This document shows positions 40,453 to 53,449 of a stretch of DNA of 64,000 nt, one piece after another. A program made the position numbers and the translations under genes. Source of the stretch: Antedon mediterranea (lineage: Eukaryota > Animalia > Echinodermata); NCBI RefSeq assembly GCF_964355755.1, contig NC_092671.1, positions 33,676,304 through 33,740,303 on the forward strand. The letters are read 5' to 3'. The stretch's first letter is position 1, and each line of letters begins with the position of its first letter. Under the pieces are notes generated by a model. It saw only the letters and a list, made by a program, of their open reading frames with translations, made no database searches and was not told where the DNA came from.

Positions 40453-41330
40453 GTTGCAACGATTTTATCTCTTATTGCATACTTATAGCGTTTATCTTTT
40501 TATGTAAATCCACAAGTAATTATATGAAAAAAATAATGTGTTTGTATTTGGTGTTACCTAACCCGAGGAGGTATACTGATTCGATATATGAATTATAAAC
40601 ATTTGTATTGCATTACCAATTTTCAAACGTCTGTCGTTATTTCTGATTACCACTTTTTCGTTGAACTCCATAAAAATGCATAAAAAAACATTAATCAAGT
40701 AAAATAAATAATAAATAACTAAGCGAAATAAAAGCAAAACCTACACGTTCAGAAACAAACGATTCATATAATACTACTGTATTTCTAGTAGGCCTATGTC
40801 TAATTATATTCAGATTACGGAAGAATTTAATAACGCTTATTAAAAAAAATATATTTTAAGTGTTCATATGTTTTCTGATCTTATGAAGAAAGCCCAGTTG
40901 ATTTTAAAGATGTTAAGTAACATAAAATAAAACCATTACTATTAAAACTGAAAAACAAGTACAATAGGCATAATATTGAACTATTCATATTGTTATTGTT
41001 ACTTTGATTTACTGCGTTTCAGACCGTGAGAGAATCCGTCGGCAAACATGTGTGTAATTTAACTAAACTTGTTATTTAGATAAAACCAGACGAAATATAA
41101 CGTTTCAAAGTATTCATGTATTCTGTTCGGCTCTTTGTTTCACTTTCTAAAAAAAAGTAGATTAGATTAATTGATGAAAATAAAACCATGTTATTATTGG
41201 TATAAAAAAAAGAGAAAACGTCATGTGTTAAACCTTTGAAAATGGTAACCATCATTTTATTAAACAGTTTTATTGCGTCGATTTAATGGTTTTTAGGGTA
41301 GATAACAGATTGATTAAAATAGTATAAGTT

Positions 41331-41339
41331 TATATAAAA
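41331..41339 (+). promoter_or_regulatory. Candidate TATA box of gene A2
   Basis: TATATAAAA about 75 nt upstream of the A2 ATG. AT-rich background weakens the call. Confidence 0.35.
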
Positions 41340-41406
41340 CTGAATCACCAATTTATTTTATTAAAAGCTGATGTCAAAAACTTCGTACTGCAGCGTTCCT
41401 ATTATT

Positions 41407-44400
41407 ATGTCAACTAAACTGTAAGTATATATCATATTCTAGTGACAATATCCAATATCCAATATCACTATTATCTATATATAAATTTACGTAAGGGCAA
41501 AATTCGATAAACTCGGTTAATTAGAATTATAGAATTTTTACTCGATGGTATATAAAGTTGGTTCATACTTTCGGTACTGATTTTAACCATCTGATATAAC
41601 CCTGTTTACTAATTAAATTGAGTTAGGTAATTAGTTATTGACGATTAAAACGAATTTAGGTTCAACGATTTACCCCCAAATAGGGGTGTTTTCCGATCGT
41701 GGTATACACTGTCTAATGGATGTCCATCTTGAAAAATACCCGCCACAAAAATGCGAGGAGGTTTCGCATTTTCCTATCTCCTCCTACGATAATTGTTTTT
41801 AATAGCTGAAAACTGGTTGAACAGCTAGAGTACAGCTTCATAATGTTGAAGACAGGCCGATTTTCTTTAAAAAAATACTATTTTGATAGATTTAATATAC
41901 GATTATACAAATGTATTGATTTGATTGAGTTTGGTTTAACACAAGTAGGTACATTTATGAGCCCTTGGTTTAACACATATGGTAGGTAAATATATGGGCC
42001 CTTTGAGAATAAACTTGCAATACTTTGACAATACTGTAAATACCTATTAACTATTTTTGGTCGTCATTTGAATCGAACATTTCTTACTGTGAATGTTCAT
42101 ACTGTTAGATGTAATATAAAAATATATACAAATAAACTTTATTACTGAGATTGTGGTTAGGCTCTACTGATATATAAACACATTATTATATACAAATAAA
42201 CTTTATACTAACAGTTCCTTCTCAACGTTTGTATTAATTAATAATTACCAATAATATAAACGTCGTAGTGGTGTATCGTGACATGTACTTTGATATTTCA
42301 ATCGATTATGACAGTGACAGTTTTAACAAAGTATTAAATCGCAAATGTTTTACTTTATTTAGAGGTATATTATTTATAGGCCTATAAAACATGAAAAAAA
42401 TATTTCGTTACTGAGTGGATAAAGAATATATTTAAAAATTGTTCCTCTTTGTACCTTTCCGCTTTCCCATCCCTCAACCCTAATTTTACATACAAAACAC
42501 AAATTGGGTTTCTTTAAATGAGTCCAAATCAAAAATTTGAACTCATTTTGTGATAAGTTTCTCCTTCGGAAGTAATTCCCAGGGTGCTAATTTTAGTTGA
42601 CTACATAAATCATCGTATCTATTTATTCGTTTCTGTAAACGGCAATGTATTATAGTCCTGCGGTACGTACATTTGAAATCGCCAGTTTTGTTACGCTGAA
42701 ATTACTGTGTATTCGAGAACCATCTGTGGGCACGACCTAGATGGTACGCGAGCGATCGTGTCTATTTATTCGTTTCTGTAAACGGCAATGTATTATAGTC
42801 CTGCGGTACGTACATTTGAAATCGCCAGTTTTGTTACGCTGAAATTACTCAGTATTCGAGAACCATCTGTGGGAACGACCTAGAGCGAAGCGAACGTACC
42901 ATCTAGTTAGTACAATAATACATACTTTCCATATTGATTCCTGTGAGATTTACTGATATTGTTATGTTACTATATTTTGGTGGCATAGTATACATATAAT
43001 AAAAGTTATGAGAGTAATGGTACAAATTATGGCATGAGGTGAATGTTGAAAGGTTTCAACGAGGTGAAAGCGAGTTGATATATAACCTTTCATCATTCAC
43101 CCAATACCATTATTTGTACCATTCGACGAATATAAACATTCGTTTTTGTTTTATACAACATCGAAATAGATTCCTGTCGTTTGAATCAAATAAAAGGTAG
43201 GCCTATCCAAGGCCGACATTTGATTCACATTGATTGAAGCAGTAACATTTGGTTTGGTCATATTACATTTATATGGATTTTATAAACACACCTACTGTAT
43301 TGTTAATCATGTATCGTATTAACAAACGACCAAACAATCGTAGGCCTAGCAAGGCTAAAATCCATAGGACTAGCCTAATACTAACTAGGCGGAAAGGTAG
43401 CAATACCAAATACGAAACTTCGACAGGCAACTGGAACTCATCGTCTTATAGAAATTTTCCCATTAATTAATCAAAATCCTACAAACGATATAAAGCTAAT
43501 TTGAATGCCTTTTTGATCTAAATTAGTACAGTACACATAATGTCTCTCAAAAAATGTACTATCATCGCGAAACCAGTCATAACATTCAATCTTCGCGGCG
43601 AAAGTACAGAACAGGTGGCGTTGTTGTATTTCAAAAGCAATAGTATAATAAAAATATTGCCCAAAAGCGAACAAATATTTGTTTTCGTACACGATAAAAG
43701 TACTTTTAAACGATCGTTTAATAATGCATACTATTGCACATCATGTGACTACAATCATCCAATCAAATGACAGGAATGTATATAGGTGTTAAATAATATA
43801 TTCTAGGTCTGGTTTTGAAAACCAAAAATAACACACCTTCCGTTGTAGATACGGAGCAATCAGTTATATATCTGCAATGCGGCAAGTAACCAGTTATATA
43901 TTGAATTAGAAACTACTAATACAAATGTTTTCACAGATAAATAAATCAAGCCAAGCGAAAACATCAGCTGTTTGAGCGAATAGCTACTTCCACCTGCTGT
44001 CTGCAACTGAGCTGTTTGCCATCGCAAAATGGGATTTGCAAGATGGAAATGCGTACGCATATCTCAACGCTTTTGACTTTGCACAAATTCTTCTAGTGGG
44101 AAAACAGGCTTTTATAGAAATCCTCAAATAGTGATAATATATTTATATAATATATATTATTTATAATATTGTATTTTTGTTACAGAGGCTTGTTGGTTTT
44201 ATTTTTAGTAGTGTTTGTGCAATGTGCAAGTAAGTAAATACTTTTTTTAAATATCGTTTTATTTTACCATATTTCTGTATTAGAGTAATCAAAATATTTC
44301 TTAAGTTCAAGTATTTTATTTAACTTCTAATTTCACAATACCCATAATATCTGAATATATAACTATAAACTGCTATGACTGTGTCTTTTATTAAGAATAG

Positions 44401-45082
44401 ATTTATTAATATACAATACATATTTATAATATAAACACTAAATAAATTAATACACGTTATGCCAGGATTTACAACATCATCTATTACTAGTATATAAATT
44501 TACGTAAGGGCAAAATTCGGTAAATCGCGCGTTACTTCTAGAATCTTTACTCGATGGTATATAAAGTTGGTTCGACTTTCGGTACTGCTTTTAACCACCC
44601 GATGTAACACTTTTTACTAATTAAATTGAGTTAGATAATTAGTTATTGACAATTAAAATGAATTTAGGTTCAAAGATTTGCAACAAATACGGTATAGGTG
44701 TTTTCCGATCGTGTTATACACTGTCTAATGATGTCCATCTTAAAATTACCCTCACACACAATAATACGAGAATGCTTCGTATTTACCTATATTTTTCTAC
44801 GATAATTGTTTTTAATAACAAACAGCTCGAGTACAGCATCATAATGTTACATTTATTCTTTAAAAATACTATTTTGATAGATTTAATTTTTTTTTTAAAT
44901 TTTGTAGTTTATACAAATGTATTGATTTGCGATGAATGGAACATTCAAATATCTCAGTCTCAATATAATTATTTGGTTTAACACAAGTAGGTAAATTCAT
45001 GGGTCTAAGGATAAACTTGAAACCTTTAGATATAGTATTGCAATAGAATCGCAAATTTCTTACTGTGAGTGTGGGTACTGTT

Positions 45083-45160
<78 letters not shown>

Positions 45161-48100
45161 AGTATCTCTTCTGAAATCCCGCTTCGTGATACTGAATAGA
45201 TAAGGGCGTATAAATTTGATCTCTGGTGCGCGTGCGTACAATTGAGGGACTAGTGCAGCTGTTCCGCCATACCACGCCGGGAATGTTAAAGAATCGCTAT
45301 CCAATCGAGTTTTAACAATAACATGAAAGCATCAGTGGTCTAATGGTTAGGACAGCTGCATATCAAGCAGACGGTCCGAGTTCGAATCTCGTTTGGGGTG
45401 GCTTTTTTTCTCATTCTAACAGATTTCCTCATCTTTATCGTTTCAAATTAATTAATTAAATTTCAGAATATCACCAGGCGGTTCAGAATTAATGTTCTTT
45501 GCTTGATGTGTCTCACACACTTCTCATAGATCATTTTGGTCCATTCCTTTCTGTTGGTTGTCCAGGTAAAACGTGGAATACTTCTGCCTCTTTTCCCGTC
45601 TATTTTACCATCTAGTAGTCCCCTTTGAAGACTTTCCTTCCTTATGATATGACCAAAAAAATATAGCTTTCTTTTCTTGATGGTTGTAATAAAGGCCTGG
45701 CATCAGAAAAGCGGCGCAGAGTCGCAACCCGAACTTTTGAGATATTTAGCCTTGAAGTTCATCAGAATGTGAAAAAACGGCCTAACCTATCAATTTAAAA
45801 ATTTCAATAAAAAACGATACTATAAACACTTATCTTTAACATATCAAACTCTCTCTATCAAAATATCACAAGTATGTGTATTTTGCAATTATTTATGTCG
45901 TTTCTATTGAAAATGATTAGGAAATTTTCGTTTTGTTCACTCAAAAATCAACTTTCTTTACGGCGCTTTTGTAAACAAACCGCTAACCCAAATCACGTCA
46001 TGTTTGGTACCTATCTGTTCGAAAATATAATAAGCTACCATCATTTTTAACAACCTATGGGATTTTTTTTATCTAGTCAGAATTTGTGAATCCTTGACTG
46101 TGATTGGCTATAGAAATAAATTACGCTCTCTTATTGGCTGACGCTTTTGTTTATGATGAAAAAGCATGGCTTCCATCGTAGTTTCTCGAATGATCGTTTC
46201 AACATATTTTTGAATATTTAGGAAGTTAATCGTTATTTTTATCCATATATTTTTAAAAAGAACAAAAAATATAATATTATGTTCCGCACAGTGATATATT
46301 TTCGACTAGTTTGCCGTTATTGAGAAGAAAATAGCGCAGTTTGGACAGAGAGTCTTGTCGCGTTGATCGGCGGGCTTGGCTAGGCCAAGCTAATCGGCGT
46401 CGGTACTTCATTGTTTATTTTCTCAAAATGAAGATTTCCTGAGCTAGAAAGTGACTCGTATGTTTTCATTAATACCTCTTCATATAATAAACCAATTTTA
46501 ATAAACAACGGCTTATTTTAAAGATTATTAAATATAGATTACGAATATATAAAAATAAAATATTAATTCCGACACTATGCCGATTTTGTGATGCCATGCC
46601 TCTTATATAAAACACAAATTGGGTTGTTTAAATGGGTACAAATGTGACTCATTTTGTGACAAGTTTCTCTTTCAGAAGTAATTCCCAGGGTGCTAATTTT
46701 AGTTAACTACATAAATCATAGTGTCTATTTATTCGTTTCTGTAAACGACAATGTTTTATAGTACTGGGGTACGTACATAAAAAAAAACATTTTTGTTTTA
46801 CACTGGAATTACTGTTTATTCGAGAACTATCTGTGGGCACGACCAAAGCGAGCGTACCATCTAGTTAAGTATGACTGTATAAAATGAGAATATATATTAT
46901 AATAGTTTCAAACAAAAGCCTACTTCCTTCACAAAAAGTCTTCTCTAAATGATCCATACATCATATTTCATAAAATACAAATCATTATTTTCAAAGTATT
47001 CATATTTTGCTGTGCTGTTTTTTTTTCAGAAGCTCCTCCTCCACCTCCTCCACCTGCTGTATGGAATTATGGAACGACTGAAAGTAAGTCAGATGGTAGT
47101 AATAATTAGAATAATAATATAAAGTCAAACAATCGTTATATATATATTCACGCCGAGAATGTTAAAGAGTCGTTATCCAATCGAGTTCGAACAATACCAT
47201 GAAAGCCCCAGTGGTCTAATGGTTAGGACATCTGCATATCAAGCAGGCGGTCCGAGTTCGAGTCTCGGTTGGAGCGACTTTTTCTCATTCTCACAGATTT
47301 CCTCATCTTTATCGTTTCAAATTAATTAATTAAAGTTCAGTATATCACCGGGCGGTTTGGAATTAATGTTCTTTGCCTCTTGTGTTTATTTATATATACT
47401 TAAACATACGAAATAAATTAATTCTTAAACCTCATAAGATAACAGTAAATCATATTTTAAAACAAATCTCTTTCAGATTATGACAGAATTCGTCGACAAG
47501 CACGTAAGTAAACTAAACGTTGCTTCAACTGTGATAAAACGGCTTATATTTTTTATGTATGTATGTATGTATTTATTAGGTGATCATTTAGAATAAAATG
47601 ATCACCTATTGTTATTGTATGAAATCTTTATTATTTTTCTTTTTTTTTTCTTTTTATTGTTTCTGTACACTATTATCTCAAAAATTTAATGTCAATGATT
47701 ACCAAAATTTCAGAATATCTTTCAAATAATATAACTTAATCCTAATCAGCTTTCCAGCGTGATCACTTATCCGTGACGTCATTTATACGCCATTTTGTGA
47801 AATCACATTACCAATCATATCTCCATAATTCATTATGACATATTAATGAAATTCACTACAGGTAAACTTCAGGTCAAGGGTAAAAATATTAGCAAATAAA
47901 AAGTTGCGCGTTTCAAGGTCATGCACGTGAAATCGCGCGTTAAAAATTTAAAACGCGCAAAATTAGGTTTTGATCAATTTAGAGCATGAATTAGGCCATT
48001 TGCGCGTTTCAAAAAATTACTGCGCAAAATGCGTTTTTGTGCGCACGATTCTTAAAATGCGTAAAAAATAAAATTTGATGTATAAATCACATTCTACTCA

Positions 48101-51045
48101 CAATCCTTAGTACATTCACCAATTTTGAGTCCATTCCGACCTAAAATAACGCTATACGAGCACGTTAAAAATGACAAAATGCGCACACTAATTGTACAAA
48201 AGTGCTAAAAATGGTAAAAAATAAGGACTTTTTAAAATGAATATAACTCTTCAGAATGGCAGATGACCCCCAATTTTTTTAACTTATTATGGAAGCCAAT
48301 AAGTTGTAGATACAAATGTATATACACATTAGACGTACAAAATGGTATGACGTCATCAAATGGCCACTTGAATTTAAAAATTAGGAATTTTTATCTTTTT
48401 GTGTGGGTTATCACATTCAATAGAGCGCATCTCCGTTATTTGAGCCCGATTTTCGCACAACTTTTAGTATGTGCTTGCTCAATTAATGTTTCTTCTAATG
48501 AGTGGTCAACATTTTTATTTTGATGACGTCATCACGCGTAAAAACTTGAATAACCTAGGTCGTGTAATTTCAGCTACACCATACATTTGAATATCTTATA
48601 GCTCTTCAGAATTAAAGGTGACCTTGAAGATTATAACTTATTATGAAAGCTGATGAAATGTAGATATGAATTCATATTAAAATTAAGCCTATCGGATGTT
48701 GTGATGTTATCATATGGCCAGTTGAAGTTAAAAAGTAGTTTTTAAATTTCTTTAGTCAAAGTTATACAAATTTCAAAGACCGCGCATTGCGCTTCTACGT
48801 GTCAAATTTTCTTCCAATCCTTATATTTTTTTGCTCAATTCATTATCTTACTGTATATTGTTTATGGCATATAATAGGCACAACTCAACACTATAAGCAT
48901 ATAATAGGATGGAATGTATCATCATTTTCCGATCGTATGATAACGTACGTGCATGTTTAAAACAAATTATTTTCAGTAATTAATTAATTAATGTCAATAA
49001 AATGATAATAATGATCACCTATAATTCGTCAAAGTGACGAATTAAATTCTAGTTTTTTTATTTATTTTGCTCTTTTTTTCAGAAACTCCCTCTTGGGATG
49101 AAATGATAACAAATAGTAAGTAAAAAAATGGATGTAAAAAAATTATCTATAAAAATTGAACATTAAGTGTGACAGAGTTCATAATTTTAATGTCACCATC
49201 AGGATGATCTGGGTATTATGATGACATTTTATTTCTTTAAAAAATACAAACAGCAATAAATCGACAAAAAACATGCCTAAATATGCATGCATAAAATACA
49301 CAAACAAGATTAAATAGTTATTAATGTTTGGTTCGACCAAACAACAAGTTCCCAATCAAAACGCAAGAGTTTGATTGTCGGTTAATATGTATCGGCTAAT
49401 TATCGATTAATAGTATTATTGGCTGAGGAAACACGGTGTAAACATAAACAGATATATTGATGGAACGTACAGTAAATAATATACAATACACATAATTAAA
49501 TGTAGGCCTACCATGATTGTTATTCATATTTTAAAACAACTCTCTTTCAGATTATGACAGAGCCCGTCGATATGCCAGTGAGTAAATTAAAGTTAAGAGC
49601 ATTATTTTGATAAAAAAGCATGTAATTAACTATTTGAAACTGTTCATATTTTGCTCTTTGTTTCAGGAACTCGTTATATCTGGAATGACATCAATCTATA
49701 ACAGTTAATCATATTTTAAAACAAATCTCTTTCAGATTATGACAGATATCGTCGACAAGCACGTAAGTAAACTAAACGTTGCTTCAACTGTGATGAAATG
49801 GCTTATATTAAATTCGTGTTCATATTTTTTTATTTATGTATGTATGTATTTATTTTTTTATTTATTTTGCTCTTTTTTCAGGAACTCCCTCTTGGGATGA
49901 AATGATAAATAATAGTAAGTAAAAAAGATGGATGTCAAACAATTATCTATAACAATTAAAAATTAAGTGTGACATAGTTCATATATAATTTTAATGTCAC
50001 CATCAGGATGATCTGAGTATTAGGGTGACATTTTATTTCTTATTACAATCAGCAATAAATCGACATAAAGCATGCCTCTTTACCATAAAATACACAAACA
50101 AGATTAAATAGTTATTAATGATTGGTTCAACCAAACAACAAGTTCCCAATCAAAACGCAACAATTTGATTGTCGGTTAATATGTATCGGCTAATTATCGG
50201 TTAATATTATTATTGGTTGAGGAAACACGGTGTAAACATAAACAGATATATTGATGGAACGTACAGTAAATAATATACAATACACATAATTAAATGTAGG
50301 CCTACCATGATTGTTATTCATATTTTGAAACAACTCTTTTTCAGATTATGACAGAGCTCGTCGATATGCACGTGAGTAAATTAAAGTTAAGAGCATTATT
50401 TTGATAAACAAGCATGTAATTAATAAACTGTTTGAAACTGTTCATATTTTGCTCTTTGTTTCAGGAACTCGTTATATCTGGAATGACATCAATGTTGACA
50501 GTAAGTTACAAAGATGAATGCATATTGTCAAACTTGATCGTTTTTAATCAATATATCGATGACCTTACAACCCCACGCCTTATACATTAATATGCTACAA
50601 TCGATTATTTTTCTAAATGGTGCATTGATTGCATCTTGTGTCTTTTTCTTGTCTGCTGGTTTTATTGTAGTTGGTAAAATTAACATGAATAAGACAAGCA
50701 ACAGAACAAACAACAACGACCAAGAATAGTTCTATAAAACTGAACAAGTAATGTACTTATAGGTCAAAGAAGTTGAAATTTAAAAAAAAATTAAAGCATA
50801 ATTTAATGATGAATGAAAATATTCATATCTATCTAGTCAATTCAAATTTTACTTGTTTAGTAAACAACGGAGTTTCACGACCGGTCCAAGTCACTGTTAA
50901 CTAAACAAGGAAGTCATGTTGATTAGATATCTTTTTAAAACGTTATACTACCTTGATAAATGAAAATATTCATATCCATTGTGTCAATTGAAATGTTATT
51001 TGTCATGCTTTCTCTATTTTAGGTGGTATCGGAGAAGAGCCTTAA
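41407..51045 (+). CDS. Gene A2: micro-exon gene for a secreted multi-peptide precursor, ~114 aa. Coding exons 41407-41420, 44186-44229, 47030-47083, 47477-47503, 49083-49115, 49551-49577, [49667-49701 donor-less, stop-containing], 49736-49762, 49882-49914, 50345-50371, 50465-50500, 51023-51045
   Basis: Internal exons have ttcag/ttacag/tttag acceptors and gtaagt/gtgagt donors, and phases join in frame. Translation: MSTKLGLLVLFLVVFVQCA-KAPPPPPPPAVWNYGTTENYDRIRR-QAQTPSWDEMITNNYDRARR-YANYDRYRR-QARTPSWDEMINNNYDRARR-YARTRYIWNDINVDSGIGEEP*. Hydrophobic N-terminus and four RxRR sites. The last exon differs from A1 by a synonymous GAA/GAG, supporting the frame. Confidence 0.85.
41474..42906 (+). mobile_element. 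Helitron family 1 copy with a tandemly duplicated 3' end, in intron 1 of A2
   Basis: TC start and CTAG end. The ~140-bp 3' segment occurs twice (~42615-42755 and ~42756-42906). Confidence 0.88.
43015..43125. repeat. Long imperfect hairpin, probably the end of a non-autonomous DNA element
   Basis: AATGGTACAAATTATGG..GGTGAATG..GAAAGGTT / AACCTTTTCATCATTCACC..CCATTATTTGTACCATT. Confidence 0.55.
45086..45157. repeat. (TA)n microsatellite. Others at ~33343-33382 and ~38810-38853
   Basis: Directly visible. Confidence 0.95.
45329..45400 (+). pseudogene. tRNA-derived (ATC loop, Asp-like) head of a dispersed repeat spanning ~45270-45505. Second copy 47205-47276 within ~47150-47390
   Basis: TGGTCTAATGGTTAGGAC A-box region, CTGC-ATATCAA-GCAG arm, GAGTTCGAATCTC B box and a T-run terminator. 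The two copies share flanks on both sides. Confidence 0.65.
45505..45690 (-). mobile_element. RTE-clade LINE 3' fragment
   Basis: Minus strand translates as IKKRKLYFFGHIIRKESLQRGLLDGKIDGKRGRSIPRFTWTTNRKEWT, typical of the RTE ORF C-terminus. Confidence 0.7.
45693..46601. mobile_element. Non-autonomous TIR element, possibly Kolobok-like. Related degraded copy at ~29450-30100
   Basis: Imperfect 23-bp TIR AGGCCTGGCATCAGAAAAGCGGC / GCCGATTTTGTGATGCCATGCCT. Internal blocks (GGCGCTTTTGTAAACAAACC..CGTCATGTTTGGTACCT) are shared with ~29680. Confidence 0.6.
47574..49052 (+). mobile_element. Helentron/DINE-1-like non-autonomous element in an A2 intron
   Basis: 5' TAGGTGATCAT..ATGATCACCTA hairpin, a 3' ATGATCACCTA sub-terminal repeat, then stem-loop AATTCGTCA-AAG-TGACGAATT and CTAG, in a T-rich site. 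Absent from the short equivalent intron of A1. Confidence 0.75.
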
Positions 51046-53449
51046 ATTGGCCTTTTGGGGAAAACAGTTCGTAAACGAATGTAACGGTTGTTATTATATA
51101 TAAAGATGCACTATCTAAGATCGTTTCTTATTTCAGTTCTGTCAATTTTGTGTAATAGTCTACTATTTGACAACCAATTAAATGTTTCTGTTACTGAATG
51201 TATCATACCATAGTTGTTTTATATTTGTTGTTGGTGTTGAAAGTCATATCAATTTTATATCTTGCAAAAAAAGAGACATAATAATTATAATAATAAAGAA
51301 GAATATCGGTATAGAAAATGTACTGTATAAAACAGATTAAAACAGAATTCCAAATGAACCTAAGTAGTCAGGTGGCACTTTTTGTGAGAAATTCCTAATA
51401 ATAGAATTGTTAAAAAAACAGACCAACACCATTGTAATGCTTTAATAATACAAGATTAGGCATCTCCTGAGACTAAACAATATATTGGCTAACATAATGC
51501 TATTACGTTATACAGCCCTACCGTAAATAAAAGCGGTAGCATATTCGAGGTAGGGTATTTTCGGTAATTGGTTCTTTAGGCATAGTTTATTCCTCTTGAT
51601 GATCGTGATGGAGGTGATACTGAGCTGTCTGGTGTAGATATGGATGGATTAGGTACGATGACAAAAGCAGCAGTACAAATAATAATATAGGCCTACGTTA
51701 ATAGAATTTTTTAATTTCAAACGTAATGCAGAATATCAATAATTAGACGGACGTTTTTTCTTTCCAGGACGCATTATATTTTTTTTTCTATCCAATTAAG
51801 AGAGAAATCATGAATAATTCATTACCTTAATTATTTTCTATGCAAACTTAAAACTCAGCTATCCGGATTTCACTCGAAAAATGTCTTATCATCAAATCTC
51901 CCTATGTAATTTTATAATACTATTCCCCACAATATATTCTGATTCTTTATGGCGTATATTTAATTTGATTTTTATTAATTTGCAGTATAATTTCTATTAT
52001 TTAACCACTGTACCTTCACACACGCGCGCGGTATGTTTAAAATAAACAAAAAACTGAAATGGCTATGAATAATGGCAAACTTAAGCTCCAGTCCTACTAT
52101 CTGATTTTTTTTCGTCTTCCAAAGGAACACTGTATTGATTGATGGAAAGTGCCTGTTTCCAGTCACCTTTAGGATCAAATCTATTATTTTAACTGCTCCC
52201 TTGTGTATAAAAGAGAGAAAATATTTGAAACCAGGTTGTTGCAAGGTGAACTTATCTTAAACCCGGAAGTTACTTTGACCGGGAAGAATTGAAATTGAGA
52301 TGAAAATCTAATGTTGAAATCATAAATTTTGTTAAAAAACTTTTTATAATATCTTCCTAAGATAGAAATATGGAACAATAGCGTCGATGTGAACACTAAT
52401 GTTATCAAATCTACGTTTCGCGGTACATCTCAGATAGATAAGGTAGGTATCCAAGGCGGAGATTTGTACCAAAGTTTTTGCATTGTGCTCGCCTATGTCA
52501 GAATTAACCATACTTTATATATAGATGCAAAAGAATTAAAGATAGCTGGCCTACTTCCTAAATATACTGAACCTAACCCCCTAAATAATCTCTCTCAACT
52601 ATTAAAAAAAACATGTTCTTGAAAGAACTCGAACTGAGGGCTTCAGTGTAATATGTTAAAGTATTTACTACTATAGACCAAACATTTCGGTTGACAAACG
52701 CTGTTTACACAAACTATTTAATCTCTATACATGCTTATATAGTGCCCCTATAATGCTCCATATTTTGTCATAATTATTCTAATAAATTATTCATGATTTC
52801 TGGCTTAATTGGATTGAAAAAAAATAATGTCTCCAGGACCCTTGTGATACAACAATGGTAATGGTAATGGTTTTTGTCACGTCCCTAGACAACTTGTCAG
52901 TCAATCTCCACTGCATTTTTTTGTTTCTGTTTTAGTCTACTGTCTTGTAGTATTTACTCTTTCCTGAGTAGACTATACTTGCTTATCATCGGACTCGTCC
53001 TTATAGTGGTTCATTACTTCTGGAAAAACACGCTTGTTTGACAGCAATGGGATATATCTATATCGACGTTCCCGTTGTTGTAAAACAAGCGTTGATATTT
53101 TCATCGTCAATTTTCCCTTCAAAAAGGTTTAACATGGAGTTATTATTCATTTCATTGTTTAATATTTATATAATAGACAAAAGGACAACAGCATAACATG
53201 TTCATAATTATTTTTAACAATCCATTTTGTTTAAATCAGTATTTGCATAAAGTAACTCTACAGTGTTTATAGGCTACGGGACATTAATTAACATTCAAAT
53301 TAATAAAAACAGTACGTTTTAAAACCTTTCAAACAGGTGAATACTTAATAAAAGTCCCAAATACCGAATTAAAAAATTATCTAAGTCACCAAAACGATTA
53401 TAAATGCGACAGGTTACAGGACTTGTTTCCACGAAGACCGTAGTCTGGT

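Larger units (their letters stand above)
44487..46864 (+). mobile_element. Helitron family 1 copy interrupted by (TA)n/tRNA-like, RTE and TIR-element insertions
   Basis: 5' half ~44487-45085 and 3' part ~46602-46864 ending CCATCTAG. Confidence 0.75.
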
